A stretch of 64,000 nt of DNA from Macrostomum lignano (lineage: Eukaryota): the NCBI GenBank assembly GCA_002269645.1, contig NIVC01002653.1, positions 62,001-126,000 of the forward strand, in the 5' to 3' direction. The translations under genes and the position numbers were made by a program. This document shows, piece after piece, positions 46,201-58,200 of the stretch. How positions within the stretch are numbered: the stretch's first letter is position 1; each line of letters begins with the position of its first letter. The notes under the pieces were generated by a model that worked only from the letters and a program-made list of their open reading frames with translations, was not told where the DNA came from and searched no databases.

Positions 46201-49200
46201 CCCACTCTCGAAGGGTCCTAACGCCTTCTGCTTTCGCCTTCTCGAAGATCCATCGTCGAAATGCTGCGACCATCGGCTCTGGTAACTTTTTTTGCAATCT
46301 AGCATAAAGCAGTCCATCACTAAGTTCGGAGTTCTTACCAGCTTCTTCCAAATTAATTACAGCCACATCGAGGATGTTTGCGAATTTCTTCAGCTCCTCG
46401 GCACTATTCTGCTTCACGGGTGGAAAACTATCTAGCTCTTCCAAGTAGTGCGCCAACTGTCGTCGCTTGCCGCCGTACTCACGCTCCAATCTCTCCTTGG
46501 CCGCCTGATAGGCAGCAGCCGAATGACCCAAGTGCTCTATCACCTTCAGCGCTGATCCACGCAAATACTGACGCAACTGCAGCAGTTTGAACTCTGGTGT
46601 TGCTGGAGCCCTATCGATGCATGCCATGAAGGCAGCCTTCCACGCTTCATACTGTTGCTTGTCGCCATAGAATGTTGGAATCTCCACTCTGCGCAACATC
46701 TTCCAGAGATCCTTCGACAGCTCTTGCTCCGAAGAGTTGCCGAGCCTGCATTCGTCTACTGATTCAGAAGAGCTTGTTCGATCATCCGCTCTCATCTCGA
46801 AACCCGCATGCTGATTTGAAGAAGGCAGGTAGCCAAACTCACCAAGGTCTCTGTAGGGCCTCTGCTGTCTCTGTCCTCGCATGAAGTCCGGCTCTGCAAC
46901 ACTGAATCCGATTTGCCGATCTAGATTGACTGCACCCAGCGATTGGGCTGTCGCTGCCGCCGACTCTGCCGCCGGCTCTGCTGCCGACGCTGCCGCTGTC
47001 TCCTGAGGAACTTGTGCCGCTGCAGATGGTGACTGCTGAGTTGCTAGGAAACGCTGGACCTCTCGCATGCTGACGCGGTAGTCCTCCTCGACGGTTTCTA
47101 TTTCATCGAGCAGCCGAGAGTGCTGTGCTGCGTCGCTGTTGTTTCGTTGCAACTCGTCGCTCAACTCATACAGCGCCTCGATTGTTCCCTCGAAGATCTC
47201 GGTTACGGCTTCGCACTGGTGCTGAATTTCGCTCTTGTCAGAACCGTCTTGTAGTAGCCAGGCCAGTTTATTTCGATTCTTGGTCAGCGCAGACTTGAAC
47301 TTGGTCTTTTGTCGCCTCAGAGCATTCAGCGAAGCAACATCGGGCTCTGGCGCTTGCTTCTGTTTTTCGTCGTCGCTCATACTGATCTAACAGACTATTG
47401 GACACGATGTACTGTGGCTTGAGTAACCACGCTCTGCTACCAAATGGTTGCTAGAATAACTCGAGATGAAAGACAAACTATATGCTGCGCTATTGAAACG
47501 ATGAAAAACGAAAAGGCCTTTTGAGCGAGATGCTCTGGGTCGATATATTTAATGAGCTGAGTGAAAGCGTACAATACACGTGAGCGTAATGTGGGGTGGG
47601 GCGATCAGTGAAGAATGAAAGTGGTGCGATCAATAATTAGGGACTGTACGTATGAGCAAAATAAATATGTTAGCCTAATTGAACGTACATGTAGCTATTG
47701 CAAACGAAAAGTTTAAGAAATACCACGAGACAGTGGCAGCTCCAGAACAATGCACGTGGAACAGAGTAGAGTACGCATAGAGTACACAATGATTTACTGA
47801 GTACACGCAGATCGCAAGCTGCAAACAAGGTGACTAAGCGAAGTTAAATAAACAAGCCCCCCACAGTTACCCAGCTCACAAACCAAACAACCGTCACTTC
47901 ATCTCCCCCCTTCGAATCGAGCTGGTGGCAGGCCCCTTGTCGAACGAATCGGATAGCGAGGCAGCTTCACCGGCGAGGGGCCGGCGGTGCTTTCAGCCAT
48001 CGGCTCCGGCCGATGCAACTCGGTTGGCTCCCCGCCCTGCAGTCCGATAGCTTTGCCATCTTCAGCGGATGCAGTAGCGGCGTCGCTGCCACCGCTGCTC
48101 TTGGCATCTTGGCAGCTGGTCTGCGGCCTTGACAGCATCGCATCCTCGTCCGTGGCGCGGGAGGTTGCCGGATCATCGGCTCCGGCCTCGATGCGTTCAC
48201 TCAGCTGGTCTGCATGCGCCAGGACGGTGCGACCGCCTTGGCGGGCGATGATGGCCGTGTTCGTCCCTTTCTGACATAGAAACTCGGCCGGCTCGCGCTC
48301 CAGCCCTGCGCCCGGTGCGTACCAGATGTTGGCTCTAATTGGCGTCTTCATCGTGATAGGATTGCGAAGCTGCCGTCCCATGAGCTGTGCTGGACTCTGG
48401 GCCCGGCCGGCGTGCGGAATGCACCTGTAATTGAGTAAGAGTCTGAACAGGAATGAGTTGTACGGCTCCGACGCTTGGTCCCAGGCCGCCGACGCCCTCT
48501 TGATCGAGCCGACCATCCGTTCCGCAAGTCCGTTCGATTGCGGATGCCTTGGAGGAGTTTTGAGGACTCGACAGCCGATTCGCTCAAGCCAGGACAGCAG
48601 TACGGCGTCGTGATACTCAGCGGCATTATCACTAACCAGGACGTGCGGGACACCGTTTCTAGCAAACACTGACTGAAGAGCGGCTTTAACAGTCGCAGCA
48701 TCGCGGTTTGGCACTCTCAGGACCTCAGGCCATCCTGACATAGCATCGACTAGAATGAGCACCAGTCCAACCTTGTGGCGTGGTCCATATGCACGCGATG
48801 CCACGGCTCGTCTTCCTTTGGCCACTGATGTACCGTAGGTGTGCCAGAGGGCCGAATTCGCGTGCAGGTGGGGCAGTTGCGTACGTGCCGCTCCACGTCC
48901 GTGCAATATCCTGGCCACCAGGCCGAGTTGCGGATTAGTGCGCGAGTTGCCATGGTTCCCTGATGCGAGTCATTGTGTACCTGATCCAGGACGCGCTGCC
49001 TGAGTGTCGCAGGAATCACCGGTCGATCACCGTAGCAGAGAATGCCGTCGTCTATCACTAAGGCATGGCGAACTGACTTGTACGGCCTCTCAGCTGGGGA
49101 GCATCCTGACCATCTGCTTGATGCGACTCGCTCAGCAATATCTTGGAGTAGACGATCGCGCTGGGTCTCCGCTTGCAGCTCCTCCCATGGAATCACCGGG

Positions 49201-52200
49201 CCGCCTGCCCAATGAACCAGACCTTCCAAGGCAGCAGGTTCTGATTCGGATAGTTCACCGTTGCAGTCAAGGCGAGAGAGGGCATCAGCGTGTGGAATGT
49301 GCTCGCCTCTTGTGTAGATCGTGTCAAAATCGAAGGCCATTAGCTTGATCGCCCAGCGAAGTAGCCGAGCGTTCGCCACCTTTGGAAGTTGCCGCCGCGC
49401 TCCGAAGAGAAACTCTAGAGGCCGATGATCTGTCCGTAGAGTGAATCGGGCACCGAGAAGGAATTGCTTGGCGCGTTCCATCGCCCAAACGATGGCGAGG
49501 GCCTCTCTTTCGATATTCGAATAGCGCGACTCCGTGCTGCTCAACCGTCTGCTAAGGTATATAACCGGGTGGCCGTTTTGGGTGAGCACAGCGGCGATGG
49601 CCCTCTCACTGGCATCTGTGGTAAGAGTCGTCTCTTTGGTCTTGTCGTAGGGCTGTAGGACTGGCGCACTGCTAAGAATGGCTTTGATTCTCTCGAAGGC
49701 CTGAGTCTGATCGGTTTTCCAACTGAACTTTGCGTTCTTGGTTCGTAACCGGTTGAGTGGCTCGATGATCTGTGAGTAGTTGCGAACGAATCTGCCAAAG
49801 AAGTTGGCAAGGCCAAGAAAAGATTCTAGTTGCTTCTTGTCTTCCGGAGTCTTGACGGCGCGGATCCGATCGGCTAGATTTGGATCAGGAGAAATTCCTC
49901 TCTCGCTGACTCTGTACCCGAGAAATGAGACCTCCCTAGCCTTGAGGGTTGATTTTTCCAAGTTGATTGACATTCCTGCCTTCTTTAGGGTAGCTATGAC
50001 GTTTTTGACTTTTGAGTCGATCTCTGAGTCAGATTTTCCGCCTAGAAGAATGTCGTCCTGATAAACTATCTTGCCGGTGATGTCAGTAAGGACAGATTCC
50101 GTTGCCTTTTGAAAGATAGATGATGCAGATTTGAGGCCTGGAACGAGACGCTTATAGCGATAGAGGCCCAAAGGTGTGGCGATGGTGGTGATTTCTCTGC
50201 TGTCTTCGTCAAGCTCTATCTGCAAATATGCATCCGAGAGGTCGATTTTGGAGAAATGCGACATTGTCTCCATCTCAGGCATTGGGTACGTATCATTGCA
50301 CACCTGGTGATTAACTCCTGCTTTGAAGTCCGCACAGACGCGCACCTTTCCGTTAGGTTTCAGCACACTGACAATTGGTGAGGCCCACTGACTCCCTCCG
50401 GCTGGAACAGGTTCAATTATCTGCTCAGCCTCCATTCGCTTGAGTTCCTCATTAACCCGGTCTCGCAGGTGAATGGGAACGGGCCTGGCTGCGCAGTAAA
50501 ACGGTTTTGCTCCGTCAACAAGGCGAATCTTGGCTTTGAAGTTTTTGAGACATCCTAGCTGGCCGACAGCGTTGATTGTAATAGCGTCCCCTTGCAGCTT
50601 GATGACGTCCATTCCCAGCAGTCCATGTGGCTTGCTGGCCTCCGTGACGATTAAGTCCAGTGTGACAAAGTTGGTGTCGGTTTCTAGGGAGGCAGTGAAT
50701 TCTCCTAGACAGGAAATGCTGGATCCGTCGTACTGCCTGAGTGTTCGCCTGCACCTTTTGAGAGAAGGGCGGCCGAGCTTGACCCACAGATTTTGCGGAA
50801 GTAGACTCACCTCGGCCCCTGTGTCAATCTGCATGGGCAGGGTCCGACCATTGATCTTCGCCTCGTGAAAGAGTCCGTTGCTACGCCCTGGAGCGACCAC
50901 GAAAATGTCGGCTGGCTCTTGGTCTTGATTCTCACGATCGCTTGTTGATTCTTCTTGGGTCAAGTGCACTTCTCTGGATCTGCAGACCGCCGCAAAATGA
51001 TTCTTTCGTTTACACTTGGTGCACCTCTGACCGAAAGCCGGGCAACTGCCTTTGGGGTGAGTTGTACCGCAGTAATAGCACCTGCCTTTACCGGCCGCTC
51101 CTGAGGACTTGGCTGCCGCACCGGCCGTTCTTGGTTGACCTGCAAAAGCGATCTCCAGGGGAACGGGCGCGCCTGATGAAGCGGTGTTGGTCGTGCCTTT
51201 ATTGTACTGTTGGATTTGCTCGAGCTGCTGCAGGTTTTGCAGGATATCGTCAAGAAGTTTTTCTTCGCCTTGAAGCTGCTCCAAAATCCTCTTCTTGTGT
51301 TCGGCAGAGGCAAGGCCGTCGATTAGCCTCATTGCGATGAGGTCGTTTTCCTTGGACTGCTTGGCCCCAAGTTCCTCGAATTCGCAGAGCGCCGCCGCTG
51401 CTCGAAGCCGACGGTAGTAAGTGCTGATCGATTCACCTGGCTCTTGTTTGAGGCTTAGAAATCTGGTGCGTTCAGCGATGACCAGCCTTTTCTTAGGCCG
51501 GATTGTTGCTGTTACTAGTGTCTCGATTTCGCTAAATTTGAGTGCCTCCAGCTTTTTTGGTGCGGCCATCAGAGAGAGCGTCCGGATCGCCTGTAGTCCA
51601 GCCTTGGACAGGAACAAGTCAGTCTTATCCCGCGCTTCGTCCGTGTCCGTAAGTTTCTTAATGCGGGCCGTGGCGGAAAGCTGCTGCATCCATGCCTCAG
51701 CGAGTTCAGGATCATTGAGGTTGAGTTCTTGACTCCGAATTTCGCCTGCTTGCGACGCCATTGACGTGACGCGAAAGTCAGGAGCTGATTGTTGTTTAAT
51801 AACGAATGTGAATGCTTGCGATATATTTGTAAAATAGCTTAGGTACTTGACGAGTTGAAAACCGAGAGAAATAGCTTAAATATTGTAAATATTGGATTTC
51901 ACAGATGCACTGACACTGTGAGTGGAGAGAGTACAAAATGGTAGAGACTTAAGGGGCGAGGCAATGGCTAGCGCAATGATGCACGTGGAACAGAGTAGAG
52001 TACGCATAGAGTACACAATGATTTACTGAGTACACGCAGATCGCAAGCTGCAAACAAGGTGACTAAGCGAAGTTAAATAAACAAGCCCCCCACAGTTACC
52101 CAGCTCACAAACCAAACAACCGTCACTTCAATTGGGATTAGAGGACCTGCAGGATGAGTTGTTCGGCTAATTCATTGCCTTCATTGACCTCCAGTTGTCC

Positions 52201-55200
52201 TCACTCACCCAGCCGGCCGAACAGTTCGACTCCCAGCGCGGCAAAGATGAAGAACAGCAGGAAGAACAGCAGGCCCAGATTGCCGACCTGGGGCAGCGCC
52301 TGAATCACCGTGTCCAGCAGTGCGCGAATGCCTTTGGCCATCTTCAGCAGCTTTAACACTGCAGTGCGGTATGGGACGGGGGCGCGGCTTCTGTAGGGGC
52401 TTGCAGTGGCTACCCGAAACTTACAGATTTCTATCTGAGTATAGTGCTGTGTGCACCCTGGCGCACTTTAAGAGACATTGTCGCACAACGGGCGAGAGGC
52501 AGTGCTGCCCATTCCGCCGACTCCCCGGAGCAGGCACACAAGCGCGCGGATACGTACGCAGTCATACGCACAGGCACACAATCGCACAGGAGAGGACAGC
52601 GGCCCTGATTTTATTTATCGTTAGGCATGTACACTTTAATGTGACTGCACTTGGAATCGAGCCTAAGCAGCTGGCAAATCAGACCACTGGGTTACGGCCC
52701 CCGCCGTTTTAAAGATGGCGCCGTTTTGGGATGGCGCCGTTTTGGGATGGCGCCGTTTTGGGATGGCGCAGTTTTGAGATGGCGCCGTTTTGGGATGGCG
52801 CCGTTTTGGGATGGCGCCGTTTTGGGATGGCGCCGTTTTTGGATGGCGCCCTGGATGGCGCCGTTTTGGGATGGTGCCGTTTATAGAAGGCGCCGTTTTG
52901 GGATGGCGCCGTTTATAGATGGTGCCGTTTTGGGATGGCGCCGTTTATAGAAGGCGCCGTTTTGGGATGGCGCCGTTTATAGGTGGCGCCGTTTTGGGAT
53001 GGCGCCGTTTATAGAAGGCGCCGTTTTGGGATGGCGCCGTTTATAGATGGTGCCGTTTTGGGATGGCGCCGTTTATAGAAGGCGCCGTTTTGGGATGGCC
53101 TCGTTTTGAGATGGCGCTCATGTAGGCACGGACACTTTTACAATTTTAGGCCCAGTTTTAGTTCAACTCATCTAGAGCTGGCTTCCCACCTGTTTCCAGC
53201 TCACCTCTTGCAATCCTCAGCACTCGCATCACTCGAATGATGGTCGGATTAATCGGGATGACCTTCGATTGCATCTCCTCCAGGATTATGCCGGCAATGG
53301 ACAGAATCACAATCAGGACATCCAGCTGGTTCCACTTGTCCTTCATGTACCTGGCCAGTCCCAGCGCGAATACCTTGAATATGGCCTCAACTACGAACAC
53401 TGAGGTGAAAACGTAGTTGGTAATTTTTAAGCCCGTGTCCAGTTCCTGAAATGACCGAATGACGATGATTAATATCCGAGTTTTAATCAGGTTGAACCGA
53501 GGAATCAAATGTACAAAAGTACACATGTAATGAAGTACAAATGTAATTAATAAAGTACAGATGTAATAAAGTACAAATGTAATAAAGTACAAATGTAATA
53601 AAGTACAAATGTAATAAAGTACAAATGTAATAAAGTACAAATGTAATAAAGTACAAATGTAATAAAGTACAAATGTAATAAAGTACAAATGTAATAAAGT
53701 ACAAATGTAATAAGGTACAAATGTATTAAAGAAAGAATGTACAAAAGTACGAGTACAAATGTACAAAAGTGCAAATGTACAAAAGTACAAATATGTTAAA
53801 GTGCAAATGCACTGAATTACAAATTTACTAAAAAACAAATGTATTAAAGTAATAATATACTAAAGTAAAAATTCAGAATTAAAAATGCACAAAAGTACAC
53901 GTAATAAAGTACAAATGTACAAATGTACAAGTGCACTAAAGCTGAAGGACGCTAATGAACTTTCACTGGAAGCCGGTTTGCGTTAGCGAGATAGGAAGCC
54001 TCCAGATTTTTAAATAATAAAAACTACTTGGCTTTCCAATCCAGTTTCTAAATTAGAAGTCCTTGCCCACCCAGCCACACCCCGGCACGCACCGGCGGCA
54101 TCATGTAGAACTCCATCGCCATGGTGATCACGTTGACGCCGATTATTGTGGCGATGACCAAATCAAAGTACTTGCTGTCCACGAATCTGTGCACCGTGGT
54201 GCGCCATCGGGAGTAATTTGCCCAGTAGGGCACCGCCCGGATGCCTGCACGGTGGGTCAGTTGGGTTGCGGCTTTGGAGTTTCCGTTTTGAGAACCCCGA
54301 AGTGTGTGGTTTTGCGACTCCTGAATGTTGGGGCTTTGGACCCTTAGGACTATGGTTTGGGATTTGAATGCTGGGGCTTTGGGATCCTTAGGACTATGGT
54401 TTGGGATTTGAATGCTGGGGCTTTGGGATCCTTAGGACTATGGTTTGGGATTTGAATGCTGGGGCTTTGGGATCCTTAGGACTATGGTTTGGGATTTGAA
54501 TGCTGGGGCTTTGGGACCCTTAGGACTATGGTTTGGGATTTGAATGCTGGGGCTTTGGGACCCTTAGGACTATGGTTTGGGATTTGAATGCTGGGGCTTT
54601 GGGACCCTTAGGACTATGGTTTGGGATTTGAATGCTGGGGCTTTGGGACCCTTAGGACTATGGTTTGGGATTTGAATGCTGGGGCTTTGGGACCCTTAGG
54701 ACTATGGTTTGGGATTTGAATGCTGGGGCTTTGGGACCCTTAGGACTATGGTTTGGGATTTGAATGCTGGGGCTTTGGACCCTTAGGACTATGGTTTGGG
54801 ATTTGAATGCTGGGGCTTTGGGACCCTTAGGACTATGGTTTGGGATTTGAATGCTGGGGCTTTGGGATCCTTAATTTAACGACTTGGGATTCCTGAGTTC
54901 TGTTGCTTTTGCATTCTTAGGTTTATGGTTCAGATTGGGATTCCTGAATGCTGCGGAATCGGAAATCCTTTAGTTGTAAAATTCCTGAAAGCCCCCAATT
55001 CCGGGATACAAAATTGAGAGACAAAGCCAGTCATTTGTCTCAGTGTTCCACAGTGACCCCCATGAAAAGCAGAAAAAACTGCTCACGCCTCTTCTTCTTC
55101 TCCATCCGCCTGGCTCGCTTGGCCGCCCGGCGCGCCTTCTCCTCCTTCTCCTGGCTGGCGCGGCACTTGTGAAAGTTCTCAACCACCACCCCGACGAACA

Positions 55201-58200
55201 TGTTGAGCACGAAGAAGCCCACAAGCAGCAGGAAGGAGATGAAGTACAGCAGCAGCCACTCGTTGTGATTCTCCTTTGGCTGCATGTTGACTCCGACAGC
55301 GTCCAGCCCGGTGTACATGATCTGCACCCAGCCGTCTTTTGAGGACAACACGAACAGGGTCATCAGAGCCTTGAGTGGTTGAGTTTGAGTTTGGTTTGAG
55401 TTGATTGAGTTGAGTTGGTTGAGTTGAGTTGGTTGAGTTGAGTTGGTTTGAGTTGTTTGAATTGAGCTGGTTGAGTTGGTTGAGTTGGTTGAGTTGGTTG
55501 AGTTGGTTGAGTTGGTTGAGTTGGTTGAGTTGGTTGAGTTGGTTGAGTTGGTTGAGTTGGTTGAGTTGGTTGAGTTGGTTGAGTTGGTTGAGTTGGTTGA
55601 GTTGAGTTGGTTTGAGTTGTTTGAATTGAGCTGGTTGAGTTGGTTGAGTTGGTTGAGTTGGTTGAGTTGGTTGAGTTGGTTGAGCTGGTTGAGTTGGTTG
55701 AGTTGGTTGAGTTGGTTGAGTTGGTTGAGTTGGTTGAGTTGGTTGAGTTGGTTGATTGAATTGATAATCTTGATTTATGTTAAATTATGTTATGTTATGT
55801 TTATGTTAGCCTTGAAAATGGCTAAAATGCAAACGCCACGCTTTCGAACAAGGCACCAATTAGCTTTCAGCAAAAGCAAAAGGAATGCAACGCCTTAAAA
55901 TGCGACTTTACCTGTCCCAGATTGTCAAAGTTGTACAGGTGCCGTTTCCAGTGGTTCCTCTTGTCAGCCAGGCAGTCTGACTTGTTCACGACGTGCTTCA
56001 CGTCGGGCCCTTCGCAGTAGAAGAATTTTCCCTTGAACAGCTGCACCCCCAGGATGCCGAATATGATGAAGAATGTGCAGCAGATGAGCACGATGTTGCC
56101 GATGGGTCGCAGCGAGGACAGCAGAGTCTGCACCACCAACTTCAGGCCCGGAGCTCGGCTGATCACCCGCAAGGGTCGCAGCGTTCTCAGCAGGCGGAAT
56201 ACTCGAAGAATGCCGAAAATTCGACTGCTACTGCCAACTAGTAGTGTAATGAGAATATCGACTAGGGACACGGCAACAAGGAGGCCGTCCATCACGTTCC
56301 AGCCGCTTCGCAGGTAGGTGTGCTGCCCGAACACCAGGCCTTTGGACAGCACCTTGATCAGCATCTCCAGCGTGAATATGAAGGTAAAAGCGTTGTTGCT
56401 AACGCTAAGGAACTGCCGCTCCTGGAATGGGATGGCGATGGCCCGATTGGGGAAGTCTGAGAAATCCCGATCCTCAATCTGAGAGATCCCCGACCCTCAA
56501 GCTGAGAGATCTCGATCCTCAAGCTGAGAGATCTCGACCCTCAAGCTGAGAGATCCCCGACCCTCAAGCTGAGAGATCTCGACCCTCAATCTGAGAGATC
56601 CCCGACCCTCAATCTGAGAGATACCCGATCCTCAATCTGAGAGATCCCGAACCTCAATCTGAGAGATCTCGACCCTCAATCTGAGAGATCCCGAGCCTCA
56701 ATCTGAGGGATACCCGATCCTCAATCTGAGAGATCCCCGACCCTCAATCTGAGAGATCCCCGATCTTCAATCTGAGAGATCCCCGATCCTCAATCTGAGA
56801 GATCCCGATCTTCAATCTGAGAGATCCCGAACCTCAATCTGAGAGATCTCGACCCTCAATCTGAGAAATACCCGATCCTCAATCTGAGAGATCCCGATCC
56901 TCAATCTGAGAGATCCCGATCTTCAATCTGAGAGATCCCCGATCTTCAATCTGAGAGATCCCCGATCCTCAATCTGAGAGATCCCGATCTTCAATCTGAG
57001 AGATCCCGAACCTCAATCTGAGAGATCTCGACCCTCAATCTGAGAGATCCCGAGCCTCAATCTGAGAGATCCCCGACCCTCAATCTGAGAGATCCCCGAC
57101 CCTCAATCTGAGAGATCCCGAACCTCAATCTGAGAGATTCCCAACCCTCAATCTGAGGGATACCCGATCCTCAATCTGAGAGATCCCGATCCTCAATCTG
57201 AGAGATCCCGACCCTCAATCTGAGAGATCCCCAACCCTCAATCTGAGAGATCCCCGATCCTCAATCTGAGAGATCCCGATCTTCAATCTGAGAGATCCCG
57301 AACCTCAATCTGAGATATCCCCGACCCTCAATCTGAGAGATCCCCGATCCTCAATCTGAGAGATCCCCGACCCTCAATCTGAGAGATCCCCGACCCTCAA
57401 TCTGAGAGATTCCCGACCCTCAATCTGACAGGTGGCTTGTCAGTTCAAAGCGGTCTCACAATGCTGTCTGGCGGAATCGAAGGCCGCTCCATCGCCAGAG
57501 TGATGCAGTTGAGAGCGATGAAAAACAATACGGTGCAGTCGAACCACTTCTGCGACGTGATGGCCAAGCAAACAAGGCGAAATCTGAAGAATTAAGGACG
57601 ATAAGACACCTGGCTCTCGTATCTTACTCGATTCTGGTAAAATAACTTATGACTGAGTTGAAGCGGTCATGTGCAATAAAGCAGAGGCAAACTCTTCCCC
57701 ACCTCACTTCTGTCTGTCATGAAACACCCACCTCACTCCAATCTCTCATGAAACACCCACCTCACTCCTACCTCTCATGAAACACCCACCTCACTCCAAT
57801 CTCTTATGAAACACCCACCTCACTCCAATCTCTCATGAAACACCCACCTCACTCCTGTCTGTCATGAAACACCCACCTCACTCCAATCTCTTATGAAACA
57901 CCCACCTCACTCCTGTCTGTCATGAAACACCCACCTCACTCCAATCTCTTATGAAACACCCACCTCACTCCAATCTCTTATGAAACACCCACCTCACTCC
58001 AATCTCTTATGAAACACCCACCTCACTCCAACCTCTCATGGATAGTATTACATCATTACAAAGTTCTCCGCGGGTAAAACGGACTCACGGATTGTCCGGT
58101 GCAAAGACGTACAGCGCGTAGTTTTCTCTAGAGAAGAAAACTTTTTCAAACCAATTCGATTTCTGAAAGAAGGGCGTTAAAGAATTTAAGTAATCATTTG

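Larger units (their letters stand above)
41631..52130 (-). mobile_element. Ty3/Gypsy (Mag-like) LTR retrotransposon, outer element of a nested pair
   Basis: 5' LTR 51762-52130; 3' LTR split into 47755-47901 and 41631-41852 (369 bp reconstituted, no differences seen); TSD ATTGG at 41626-41630 and 52131-52135; PBS TGGCGTCGCAAGCAGG; PPT GAAGGGGGGAGA. Confidence 0.96.
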
